A stretch of 64,000 nt of DNA from Eledone cirrhosa (Eukaryota). Shown piece after piece: positions 11,600 through 22,304 of this stretch (its first letter is position 1; each line of letters begins with the position of its first letter). The notes below the pieces were generated by a model. The model did not search any database. It was not told the DNA's origin and saw nothing but the letters and a program-made list of their open reading frames with translations. The stretch covers positions 148,180,001-148,244,000 of the forward strand of contig OZ024741.1 of assembly GCA_964016885.1 (NCBI GenBank), in the 5' to 3' direction. The position numbers and the translations under genes were made by a program.

Positions 11600-12930
11600 C
11601 ATCTCTCTCATTGCTCACTCAATGAAATAAAATTCAAACGTACGAAGTGTGCAAATCTGTACTCAGAGTGCTTGCCAAGGGTTATTTGTAATGAACATAA
11701 TTTCGCAGACCATGGTTTCCACAATATAGAGTGATCAAATAAGTGCATTTGCAGCTTGCCTTTCAGTGGCTGCATAGTGCAAAATGTATAGACCATTAAA
11801 TGATAATAATAATGAAAATATTGTGTACAGTGCTCAGGTGCACTACAACTCATCAAAAAGTGTATGTATAGTACATAGGGTAATGTACAAACGTCAGGAA
11901 AATGAACAGTGCATGAGTCATAATATACACATGTGTACATGTGTATGGAAGGGATACATCAGGTGTAGTTTTGGCGAATTTCGGGAAGCGTGATGAGTGT
12001 TTTAAAGGATGCAGTGTCTCGGCAGCTAACAACTGACGCAGGCAGTTTGTTCCATGCTTCAGCAACTCTAAGCGTGAAAAAATGTTTCCAAAAGTCATGG
12101 GAGCTGTGCTGTTTTCTGATTTTGTAGGCATGTCCACGTGTGTTAGACACATGGAGATCAAAAAGGTGCTCAGGGTTGTTGTTGGCGAGATGGTTAATAA
12201 CTTTGTGGGTGTTTACCAAGTCCATTGCCAGACGTCGGAGCTTCAATGAATCCATGCCCAGGGAAGCAAGGCATTCAGAGTATGGTAGGTGTCTGATGGA
12301 GGGTATGCGCTTGGTTGCACGTCTCTGAACAGTTTCCAGGAGGTCAATGTTCTGAGCAAGATAGGGGTTCCAGATTGATGATGCGAACTCCAAGTGTGGT
12401 CGTACCATAGCTGTATACAGCTTTAAATAGATGGCTGGAGAGCGGCTAACAAAGGTCTTGCTGAGTGATGCCAAGACACCCTCGGCCTTCTTGACAATCT
12501 TAGAGACATGCTTTGTCCAACGCAAATCGCTGCTGACAGTAATGCCCAGGTCACGTTCACAAGAGGACTTCTTGAAATCAGTGTTGTGGAGGGAGTATGT
12601 GGACGCCGGATTTTTCCTCCCAAAATGCGTGGTGGTACACTTGTCCACAGCCAGCTTCAGTTGCCAGTCTGTGATCCATTGCTGCATTGTGTCCAGGTCT
12701 GATTGTAGGAAAGAGTTGTAGATTTCAGGATCAGTCCTTTTGATTTCAAAGTACAGCTTGATGTCATCTGCATATTTCAGTACCGTGGCATTCTTTAAGT
12801 TGGCATCTATGTCATTAATATATGCCACAAACAAAAGGGGACCAAGAACAGATCCCTGTGGTACACCAGATGACATCTCATATGGTGAAGAATGCTGTCC
12901 TAGAACCGTGACAACCTCTTTTCGGCTGAG
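11600..12930 (-). mobile_element. 5'-truncated CR1-group LINE
   Basis: SGVPQGSVLGPLLF, YADD, ERDLG, LETVQRRATK, TRGHAYKI, FFTLRVAEAWNKLP; the 3' UTR boundary is approximate. Confidence 0.88.
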
Positions 12931-13007
12931 AATGAAGGATATCGCTTTATCAGCGGGCACTCTCAGGGTGAAAACAGAGGGCGCTATATATATATATATT
13001 AAAAGAA

Positions 13008-13406
13008 TGAAGTTCAATTCTTGGACCGGGTGATGTGTTGTTTTCTTGAGCAAGAGACTTTATTTCACGTTGCTCCAGTTTACTCAGCTGTAGAAATGAG
13101 ATAATAGGACTGGAGTCCCTATCATTCCACTGCAAAGTGGTTGTGGAGGTGCCACGGCAAAAAAAAAGCACCCAGCCCACACTGTAAAGTGGACATGTAG
13201 GCGCCACAGAAAAAAAAGCACCCAGCACTCACTGTAAATGAGGTTGGTGTTAGGAAGGGCATCCAGCTGTAAAAATCAAGCCAGTATCAGTTCCCATATG
13301 AGCAAGACAAGGTCAGCCAACCGGACACTGCCTACAACAGGACAACCCGTCTAACCCATGCTAGTGTGGAAGAACGGACGTAAAACGGTGATGATGATGA
13401 TGATGA
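13008..13406 (+). mobile_element. SINE (5'-truncated tRNA head) with RTE 3' tail
   Basis: Same central domain as 2937-3250; 3' ~270 bp nearly identical to the RTE 3' UTR at 4878-5140; (GAT)n tail. Confidence 0.85.
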
Positions 13407-13415
13407 AGTGTAACA

Positions 13416-13656
13416 TGGTTCTTGGAGTAATAATAGTAAAAGAATGAAGACTAACATGGTCGGCTGTAGAAAAAGGGGTTTATTTACAGTATTAACAATT
13501 GCTTTGTTAATCAGGTGAGTCTAAAAGTCGCTGATTGTTAGAAATTACGTCACTCGACCTTAATTAGAGTGTTTACCTGATCAAATCATCAGAATACTGG
13601 TGTGTATATAACACAGGGCACTGGTATTTATAGATACATTGGAGAATAACATAAAT
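13416..13656 (-). mobile_element. Displaced distal part of a Penelope-like pseudo-LTR
   Basis: Reverse complement of 32130-32369; continues the minus-strand pLTR that is broken at the (AAT)n near 29480. Confidence 0.85.
13487..13599 (-). ncRNA. Degenerate type I hammerhead ribozyme motif (pLTR copy)
   Basis: CAGTATT-CTGATGA-long stem II-cAAAg (mutated GAAA)-CAATTG-TT-AATACTG. Confidence 0.5.
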
Positions 13657-14003
13657 CATCATCATCATCACCGTTTTACGTCCGTTCTTCCACGCTAGCA
13701 TGGGTTAGACGGGTTGTCCTGTTGTGGGCAGTGTCTGGTCGGCTGACCATGCCTTGCTCATACAGAAACTGATTTGGCTTGATTTCTACAGCTGGATGCC
13801 CTTCCTAACACCAACCTCATTTACAGTGAGTGCTGGGTGCTTTTTCGTGGCGCCTACACGTCCACTTTACAGTGTGGGCTGGGTGCTTTTTTGCCGTGGC
13901 ACCTCCACGACCACCTTGCGGTGGGGGGTGTGGCGGCATATTGTCTATATGCTTCAGCTTGTACCCATGGGAGGTCGGGTACTCTGTATTACTGCGTGAC
14001 ACA
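13657..14003 (-). mobile_element. RTE LINE 3' end fragment
   Basis: Reverse complement of the 4795-5140 region; (CAT)n tail. Confidence 0.88.
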
Positions 14004-14032
14004 GTAATAATAATAATAATAATAGTAATAAT

Positions 14033-14870
14033 AGGGAAGAAGACACACATGGTGGATAGAAGGTCGAGAAATCGCTCCCGTAAGTTTTGATTTTTTAACA
14101 TATTTAAATCAATTGTGAAATAACAATTCTTAGTACGAATGTTGCATAAAACATCCAGCTTGAGTCCCAAAAAATTCGGATCCACAATATATTGTTATAT
14201 CACTCAAATATTCAATTTTGTATTATACATTTTATATTCAAAAAGAAAATGGTTATAAATGGAAGGAAACCCCCTCTGTCTACACTATATAGAACAGCCA
14301 AATAACAGCAATTTCACCAACATCAGAAACTAGATACACCACCTACCCCATCACCCCTCTGTGTACACTAAATACAACAGCCCGATAACGGCAATTTCAC
14401 CACCACCACCACCACCACCAATCTCAGCATAATAATAATAATTACTATTACTATTGCCTCAAGTTTTAGTTTTAACAAAATGTTTAATTCCAATATTATG
14501 GGTAAATGTCAACACATACACGCGACTAACAATAATTTCACTAAAGATAATTTCACCACCAATACCACTACCACAGCCACGATGAAAACTCTGGTCAAGT
14601 CGACTCAAATTTCTACTCCAACTTCAACACCATCACTACAGTAATACGACCACATCACCACCACCGCTTCCTCACTATCGCTACCGCCGCTATTCCCTCC
14701 CTCTACCTCCTACTAGTTGCTGCTAGCACAGCACCGCCACCACCCCCGCCGCCGCTGCCTCAGTATCACTACCGCCACTATTCTCTCCCGCTATCCGCTG
14801 CTACATTGTAGAATTCCCACTAAAAGAGGAAAACATCAAAATATATAAATAGACTGAATTGATGACCCGG
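14033..14870 (+). repeat. Unclassified dispersed leader repeat, copy A1
   Basis: Begins AGGGAAGAAGAC directly after (AAT)n; homologous to 24553-25250; decayed T/P-rich reading frame after AAAAGAAAATG. Confidence 0.75.
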
Positions 14871-15074
14871 TCAAAATAAAAAACAAAAAAAAATAAATAA
14901 AAATAAAAGCAGCACAGCAACAACGAAAAACGTAAAGGAAATAAAAATGAAGAGAAAAACAAACGGACGGACAGAGAAGGGAAGGGAAAAACTAAGTCAG
15001 ACATTCAAATACTACATTACAATGAAACTTATGCTTATTCATTTTTGGGGTTTTTTCTGCCTGTTTGTTTGTTT

Positions 15075-18000
15075 GGGTTCGTCTACAGCGTGATAATGCC
15101 ACACAAAAGTCACGTGGAGTGACGAAACCACCGGAGACAAGTAATTCACCGGTCGTTATGTAACCATACATTCGCCAATCCTCGATAAGAGTGTTTAAAT
15201 GTCGAACCTAAACAGTTCGAATAACGGTGAAATGGAGACTAGAATGTCATGTGACAGACTCTCACCCAACAGGTGCTCCCTGGCTCAGCAGCAGGGACCT
15301 GGCTGTCAACCAAATACTGCTGGTGTTGGAGGAAGAAGAAGAAGGAAAGGGACCAGAACCAACTGGATAAAAGAATTGAATAGAACTGTTATGCAATGTT
15401 ACCTGAAGAGTAACCCCAAGGAGAAAGGCTATAGGAAAAGGATGCATAACATCTGGAACGAGATTGGTCCATTTAAATTAGATGAACAAAAACTGGCCGG
15501 GCAGGCTCGGGTAATAAGAACTAATGGGTGGATAAGCGAGCTGGAACTGGAGGAACTGGGCAGAGAGATTAGCTTGGAGTTGGAGGGTGGAGTATGCCAG
15601 GCAAACGAGCCAGTGGGAAATGAAGGTGAAGAGGTCGAGAGAACGGAGGAACCACCCGAAACAGACAATGATCTGAATGCTGAGATAAATAATACCTGGA
15701 ACAGAGATACGGCCACTGAGGAGATGAATGCTGACGGGCTAGGACAAGATTTGGTAGATATCCTAAACTTAGTGGTAGATGAATTGAACAATGATAGTGG
15801 GAGACCTATGAACCTAAGATTTGTAGACAGGAAAAGGTTAAAAGAAACAACAGCTAAGGTAAACAAAGTCATCCCATACCTTGAGGCGAGGAGCCTTCAC
15901 CAGTGCAACAATATCCTCAAAGCAACAGCAAATACGGTGAGGAAACTACTTGGTATAAAAGCGAGAGGAAACAACAGACAAGAAAGAGCAGAGCCTTGGT
16001 GGAAGAAACGACTGAGTGGTCAAATCAGGGAAATGAGAAATGACATTGGAAAGCTTGAGTCCCTACTGAATGGGACACTAAAAAACATAGACACTAAAAA
16101 TAGACTGGAAATAAAGTACAAAACTAGGAGGAAAAAGCTAAATATTATCATAGAGGAACTGAAGCAACGCATTGTAGCAAAAAGTGCAAAAATCAGGCGA
16201 TACGAGAACAGAGTCAACCAGTATAGACAGAACCGCATGTTCGACAACAACCAGAAGAACCTGTTTGGACAGCTTGAAGGGAAAGAAAGAGGCAACGACT
16301 TGATCCCTGAGGCGGAACAAACTAAAACATTCTGGAGAGGAATATGGGAGCAGGATGTTAAACATAATGACCAGGCAGTGTGGATTGAGATAGTACAGAA
16401 GGAGATCAGTGAACAGGCATGCCAACAAACTGATTTGAGTATCACAGTTGAAACTCTTAAGAGGCAGGCCAAAAAACTAACCAACTGGAAATCACCTGGC
16501 CCAGATGGTGTGCAGAGGTATTGGATTAAAAACATAACATCCCTCCACCCGAAACTGACAACCATGTTCAATGACTGCTTGATGTCAGGTGAGGTACCAG
16601 AGTGGTTGACAAAAGGTACCACAGTTCTGATAATGAAGGACCGAATCAAGGGTAATGATGTTACCAACTATAGACCTATCACATGTCTGTCCGTAATGTG
16701 GAAACTGTTGACAAGCATTATGTCTGAGGAAATCTACCATCACCTCCACACAAACAACTTGTTACCGGACGAACAGAAAGGATGCCGAAAGAAGTCACGT
16801 GGTACAAAGGACCAGTTACTTATTGATAAGATGGTAATGAGGAATTGCAAGAGGAGACTCACTGGTCTTACCATGGGATGGATAGACTACAAAAAGGCAT
16901 TTGACATGGTGCCTCATTCTTGGATCACCAAAAGCCTGGAGATCTTCAAGGTGGCAGATAACATCAGGCAGTTGTTGGGCAAAAGTATGAAGTCCTGGGA
17001 AACAGAGTTAACATCAACTGGAGAATCCTTGGGAAGCGTGAAGATCAAGAGAGGTATCTTCCAGGGAGATAGTCTGTTCCCTCTGTTGTTTGTCCTTGCC
17101 CTGATGCCCCTGACCAGTGTACTGCGAAAAGTGAGAGCAGGATACAGATTGGGAAAGGGAGGGCTTACCATCAATCACCTCCTCTTCATGGACGATCTTA
17201 AGCTCTTCGGGAAGAGTGAGAAGGAGTTGGATGTGCTTGTTGACACTGTCCGTATTTTCAGCAATGATATATGTATGCAATTTGGTATTAGTAAGTGTGG
17301 AGTCATTGTGATGAGGAGGGGTAAGTTGAGCAGAAGTAACGGAATCCAGATACCAACAGGTGAGATGATAAAAGAAATTGACTCTGAAGAAGGATACAAG
17401 TATTTGGGCGTTCTGGAGGCTGATGACATCAAGAACAAAAAAATGAAGGAATTGATAAGAACTGAATACCTTTGGAGAGTAAGGAGCATATTAAAGTCAC
17501 ATCTGAACAGTAGGAATGCCATAAGTGCAGTAAATTCCCGAGCTGTGTCTATTATTAGGTACAGTGCGGGAATTCTGAGATGGAATGTTGCTGAACAAAA
17601 AGAAATGGATAGGAAGACTAGGAAGCTATTGACTATCTACAATATGTTCCACAAGAGGAATGATGTTGATAGACTCTACTTAAGGAGATCTGAGGGTGGA
17701 AGAGATCTTATCAGCATAGAGGACTGTGTTCAGATGGAGAAAAACAACCTACACAAATACGTGACTGATAGTATGGAGCCAATGCTCAGAGCTGTACTGA
17801 AGGAGGGGACAATAGGCCAGGGGATGTCCAAGGAGGAAATAACATCAAGGAGAAAGAGCAGCCTTCAGGAAAAATCCCTTCATAGTACCTTCTTTGAGAA
17901 AACTGAATTTAGAGATCCACAGACATGGAACTGTTTGAAAAGAGGAGACCTTAAAAGGGCTACAGAAGGAATGTTAATGGCTGCGCAGGAGCAAGCCCTC

Positions 18001-18755
18001 AAAACGAAGTGGTTGAAACACCACATTTACAAGGAGGAGGCTAGCCCACTGTGCAGGATCTGTGGAGAGAGAGAGGAGACTGTGGCTCACATTGTATCCG
18101 AGTGTAAACACCTAGCCCAGACTCACTATAAGGGCTGGAGACATGATGTGATGGGCAGGGTGATCCACTGGCACCTATCCAAAGTAAACAATTTACCACA
18201 TTCTGAGAAATGGTATGAGCATAAGCCAGAGTCGGTGATAGAAAACGATCAGGTGAAGGTGCTGTGGGATTTTAGGATACAGACGGACAAGAAACTGGAA
18301 CACAATAGACCTGACCTGGTGGTTTTGGACAAAGAAAAAAGATTGTGCCTGATTGTGGATGTGGCCTGCCCATTCGACACGAGAGTACAAGAGAAGGAGA
18401 GGGAGAAAATTAACCGATACCAGGACTTAAAGTGGGAGGTAAAAAGGATTTGGAACTGCCATGAAGTCCAAGTGATCCCGATTGTCATAGGCGCACTAGG
18501 GACTATCTCAAAAAGTTTCCAGGGATGGTTAAAGAAAATTGGCCCCTTCGCGCTTTTTGGAACGCTTCAAAAGGCATGCTTGCTGGGAACAGCAAGAACC
18601 CTCCGATACGTCCTGAATATCTGAGGCTGCAGGTAGTGGCTTGATATTCATCACAACAAACTTTCCAGTTAGCTAACATCAATGACTGAGACTCAAAGAG
18701 TAATAACAATAATAATAGTAATAATAATAATAATAATAGTAATAATAGTAATAAT
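15075..18755 (+). mobile_element. R4/Dong-clade non-LTR retrotransposon, near full length, with (AAT)n tail
   Basis: Single long ORF with RT, CCHC finger and restriction-like endonuclease; short 3' UTR running into (AAT)n, the repeat type Dong elements target. The 5' boundary is approximate. Confidence 0.85.
15199..18624 (+). CDS. RT-RLE polyprotein, 1141 aa, uninterrupted
   Basis: WKSPGPDG, NYRPITCL, IDYKKAFD, GIFQGD, FMDD, CRIC..ETVAHIVSEC, RHD, RPDLVVLD...IVDVACP, KINRY. Confidence 0.92.
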   Translation: MSNLNSSNNGEMETRMSCDRLSPNRCSLAQQQGPGCQPNTAGVGGRRRRKGTRTNWIKELNRTVMQCYLKSNPKEKGYRKRMHNIWNEIGPFKLDEQKLAGQARVIRTNGWISELELEELGREISLELEGGVCQANEPVGNEGEEVERTEEPPETDNDLNAEINNTWNRDTATEEMNADGLGQDLVDILNLVVDELNNDSGRPMNLRFVDRKRLKETTAKVNKVIPYLEARSLHQCNNILKATANTVRKLLGIKARGNNRQERAEPWWKKRLSGQIREMRNDIGKLESLLNGTLKNIDTKNRLEIKYKTRRKKLNIIIEELKQRIVAKSAKIRRYENRVNQYRQNRMFDNNQKNLFGQLEGKERGNDLIPEAEQTKTFWRGIWEQDVKHNDQAVWIEIVQKEISEQACQQTDLSITVETLKRQAKKLTNWKSPGPDGVQRYWIKNITSLHPKLTTMFNDCLMSGEVPEWLTKGTTVLIMKDRIKGNDVTNYRPITCLSVMWKLLTSIMSEEIYHHLHTNNLLPDEQKGCRKKSRGTKDQLLIDKMVMRNCKRRLTGLTMGWIDYKKAFDMVPHSWITKSLEIFKVADNIRQLLGKSMKSWETELTSTGESLGSVKIKRGIFQGDSLFPLLFVLALMPLTSVLRKVRAGYRLGKGGLTINHLLFMDDLKLFGKSEKELDVLVDTVRIFSNDICMQFGISKCGVIVMRRGKLSRSNGIQIPTGEMIKEIDSEEGYKYLGVLEADDIKNKKMKELIRTEYLWRVRSILKSHLNSRNAISAVNSRAVSIIRYSAGILRWNVAEQKEMDRKTRKLLTIYNMFHKRNDVDRLYLRRSEGGRDLISIEDCVQMEKNNLHKYVTDSMEPMLRAVLKEGTIGQGMSKEEITSRRKSSLQEKSLHSTFFEKTEFRDPQTWNCLKRGDLKRATEGMLMAAQEQALKTKWLKHHIYKEEASPLCRICGEREETVAHIVSECKHLAQTHYKGWRHDVMGRVIHWHLSKVNNLPHSEKWYEHKPESVIENDQVKVLWDFRIQTDKKLEHNRPDLVVLDKEKRLCLIVDVACPFDTRVQEKEREKINRYQDLKWEVKRIWNCHEVQVIPIVIGALGTISKSFQGWLKKIGPFALFGTLQKACLLGTARTLRYVLNI

Positions 18756-19182
18756 GTTTTCTTTATTAACCACAAAGGTTTACATAAAGTAGACATTAAG
18801 GACAGTACAGGACAATACAGGACGGTACAAATGGGCATTTCTGCGTGTAAAAAAAACAGAGGATGAAATAAAATAACAAAGAAAAATTCCCCAATAGGGG
18901 GGGAGACTTCCGAGGGACATTTGTGGAGAAAGCCCATTAAAAGACCACAGTGGCCCTGACCACCAGGGCAAGTGCCCTCTCCCAGTTTTCCACCTTTAAT
19001 TTACAGACACATACTCAGACAAGGCCCATTCATTCGGGCCATTCTTGCTTCTCTCACCCATCTTTCAACAAAATGCTGGGAAGAGAGCACTTCCCTCTCT
19101 ACCCTGATTTTCCTTTTCAGATGAAATTTGAAAAAGTTAATCAGGGCATCACCGAAGAGGTAAGTGCTCGTCTTCAGCCCTT

Positions 19183-22100
19183 TCAAAGGTGTTCAACATA
19201 AACCCACAAGTCAGCAATGCTCGAACAATGGACGAGTGCGTGCAGGACGGTTTCGTCGCCCTGTGCGCATCTCGGACATGCCCGGCTGACGGCACCTCCA
19301 TGCCTGTAAAGTTTAACCCGAACTGGCAAAGCACCCCGGTAGCACTGCCAGGCCAGGGATTTCTGGAAGTTGTCCATAGGCCCCGGCCCGAAAGTCCTTC
19401 CGAAGAGATTGGCTAGTTGATTTTCGTCGACGCCTAGAGTTTCTCTAAGTACATCGTCGCTCTTCCCCTCCACTAATCCCCTATAGAACGCCAAGGTGGA
19501 GTTTCCACCGATCACATTGCCCGATTGGTCGAGGGCTGTGAGAGCCTGAAGACATTCCAGTCTCCAAGCGCTCCCTCTCGGTCTTCGCTTGACCCAGGAC
19601 TGCAGCTCCGTCAAGAAGACGAGCTGGGGAAAAACGCGTCTAGCAAACGGCAACCACACCTGATCACCGTCGAGGAAGAGGTGGAGATGTCGTAGCCTGA
19701 GCGCGTGTCTGCGCATCATCAGCCACGGCATGCCCAGCCCTCCACGTAGCGGGTGTTGACAGCAGATGGACCGCCTGACCATCGGAGCGCGTCCCTTCCA
19801 CAAGAAGCAAAAGAGCAAACGCTCCAGCGCAGTCAGGCGGGGCTTAGGACAAGGTACGACGGTCAGGCGGTAGTAGATGACGGACGCGATGTACGCGTTA
19901 GCCACCTCCGCTCGACCTTTCAGGGATAGCTTCCTTTCGGCCCATTTCTGGGTGAGAGAAGCCACCCTGCTCGTCACCTCGTCCCAGTTTTTGACCGTCT
20001 GGAGGTCCGGACCGAACCAGAGCCCTAGCAATTTAACCGGTCCGTCCGTCCAGCGCCCGACGACACTGTTGGACGGCATGGACCTGCCTCTCCAGGTGCC
20101 GAGCTGCAGGCCCACTGACTTTTCCTGGTTGATCATTGCTCCTGTCACCGCTTCGTATTCTCTTAGTGTAGTGCCGATCGCCTCGATGTGTTTGGCATTC
20201 GACACCACTATGGTGACATCGTCCGCATATGCTGACACGGATCTTCCGCATCCTAGCTCGCGCGGGACCTCCCTCAACGTCTCCAGTTTGTGCAGTAATG
20301 GCTCGAGAGTCAATACGTACAATAGGGACGAGAGGGGACATCCTTGGCGGACCGAGCGCATGATGTTGAATGGTTCCGAAAGGTGACCGTTCACTCTCAC
20401 TACAGAGCAGATGTCGCTGTGCATGGCAGCGATCCAGCCTCTGAAGACGGGCCCAAAGCCAGCCGCCCTCAGGACTGCCGCTAGGTAACGATGGTCGACC
20501 CTATCGAAGGCTTTCGACTGATCTAAATTGATCAAAGACCCATCCGTGTCAGGTTCCCTAGCTACCCTCTCTACGATGTATCGCATGAGGTGGAGGTTGT
20601 CGTGGATGGATCTGTCGGGAATGGCGCATGTCTGTGCCTCTCCCACCAGACCACCAACGACAAGCGCCAACCTCTTTGCTAGCACCTTGGCCAAAATCTT
20701 GAACTCTGTGTTTAGCAGTTATGGGCCTGAAATTATCCCCCTTGTTCGGATCCTTTCTCAGCAGCGCCACCGCTCCTCGGCTCACAGAGCTGGGAATTCT
20801 CCCGTTCTGTTGCCAGTTGCAGTAGACGTCCGCCAAGAGGCCTCCGAACAAGTCTGGCATTTGTACGTAAAGTTCATAGGGCAGACCATCCAAACCAGGC
20901 GATTTACCCCTTGTGCAACTAGTCAATGCATCCCGTACTTCAGCGGTTGTTATCGGCTTTTCGCAACACTCCGCCTCAGTGGCCGAAAGCCGCGGCAGTC
21001 CGTCGAGGTAGACACTAAAGTCCATCCCTTGATCCGGCCCGCCATTGCCCCCGAACAGTTGAGCGAAGTGTCGCTGAAAAGCTTCACACATTTGCCCGGG
21101 ATCGAGTAGCATGCGCCTGTCGTGGTCCACCAAAGACCGGATCGTGGCTTTGTTGCCACGACGCGCCTCCGCCACTCGGGCCCATTGAACGGCTTTCGTC
21201 CCCTCGTGTCTGAGAGCACGCACCCTAGCTCTGACAACGCAGCCTTCGTGCTGTGCATTGAAGAATTGGTCAAGGGCCAATTTCGCCGCAAGTACGTCGA
21301 TCGCAATGCCTTTGCTAAGCGCCTCGTCTAATTTTCTAACTAATTCTCCCTCTGCTCTATTTTTCTCTATTGCTAAAGCCTTACTAAACCTAATGGACTC
21401 TATTCTAATTGCTCTTTTCAGAGCAAACCACCACTTGTTGTTGACGATGGCCCCCGTCAACGCCCGCTTAACTAGTTCGCTAATCCGGTCTCTGTAGGCC
21501 TTGCGCGCTGGTAAGGACGCGTTTAGCTTCCAGTAGCCGGGTCCTCGTCTATGAAGCCTATCTAAGTCAAGCACACAGATTACGAATTTGTGGTCCGTGT
21601 AGCTGACTATCTTGAATTGTGGACAGCCTATGCTAGACTTATCTATTTCCCTACAAAATACTCTATCTAGATATGATCTGGATGACCCTATGCGATTTGT
21701 CCAAGTCCACATTGGTACATTCGGGAAATCTATTCGGTACCTGTCAGACAGTTCAAAACGCCTGAGCAGGTTGGTGAGACTCTTGCACCCTCCTTCCCTA
21801 TCCACTAATCCCACACAATCCCAGCGTGCATCTAAGATCCCGTTCCAGTCGCCCACTAACACTAAAGAGCGGGACGTTCCAAGAAAGGTCTCCAGACGCC
21901 GGAAGAAATCAGGCCGCCCTGCTCCTGTCGGGGCATAGACGGCCACTAACCTGAAAGCTTGCCCGTCTCCGCTGGTCACGTCCAGCACCACCAACTTACC
22001 TTCTGGGTCCAGGAAGATGGCCCGTATGGCAAGATTCAAACCTCTCCGAAAAAGCACAGCAACTCCTCCTCCAGATCCCGGACGGCTGGGAGATGCGTAC

Positions 22101-22270
22101 ACATCGTAGCCGACGAAGATCGGTGCGAAGGCCCGTGCTTCGGAGATTCTGGTCTCGCTGATGGCCACTACATCTATATTTAGTGACCTGAGGTCGTTGA
22201 GCAGGTGGCCCTGCTTCCATGACGACCCCAAGCCACGCGTATTTATGCTGCCTATTCTGAGTGAGGTCAT
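19183..22270 (-). pseudogene. Tx1 ORF2 (APE endonuclease, RT, CCHC), frameshifted
   Basis: SINTRG, VGDWN, SYLDRVF, YTDH, KSPGLDGL, DQSKAFD, RQGCPLS, YADD, CPRC..ETVLHALVHC; frameshift near 20710. Confidence 0.9.
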
Positions 22271-22304
22271 GTTGAAAAGGAGTGGAAAAGATGGGAAAGA
22301 CCAC

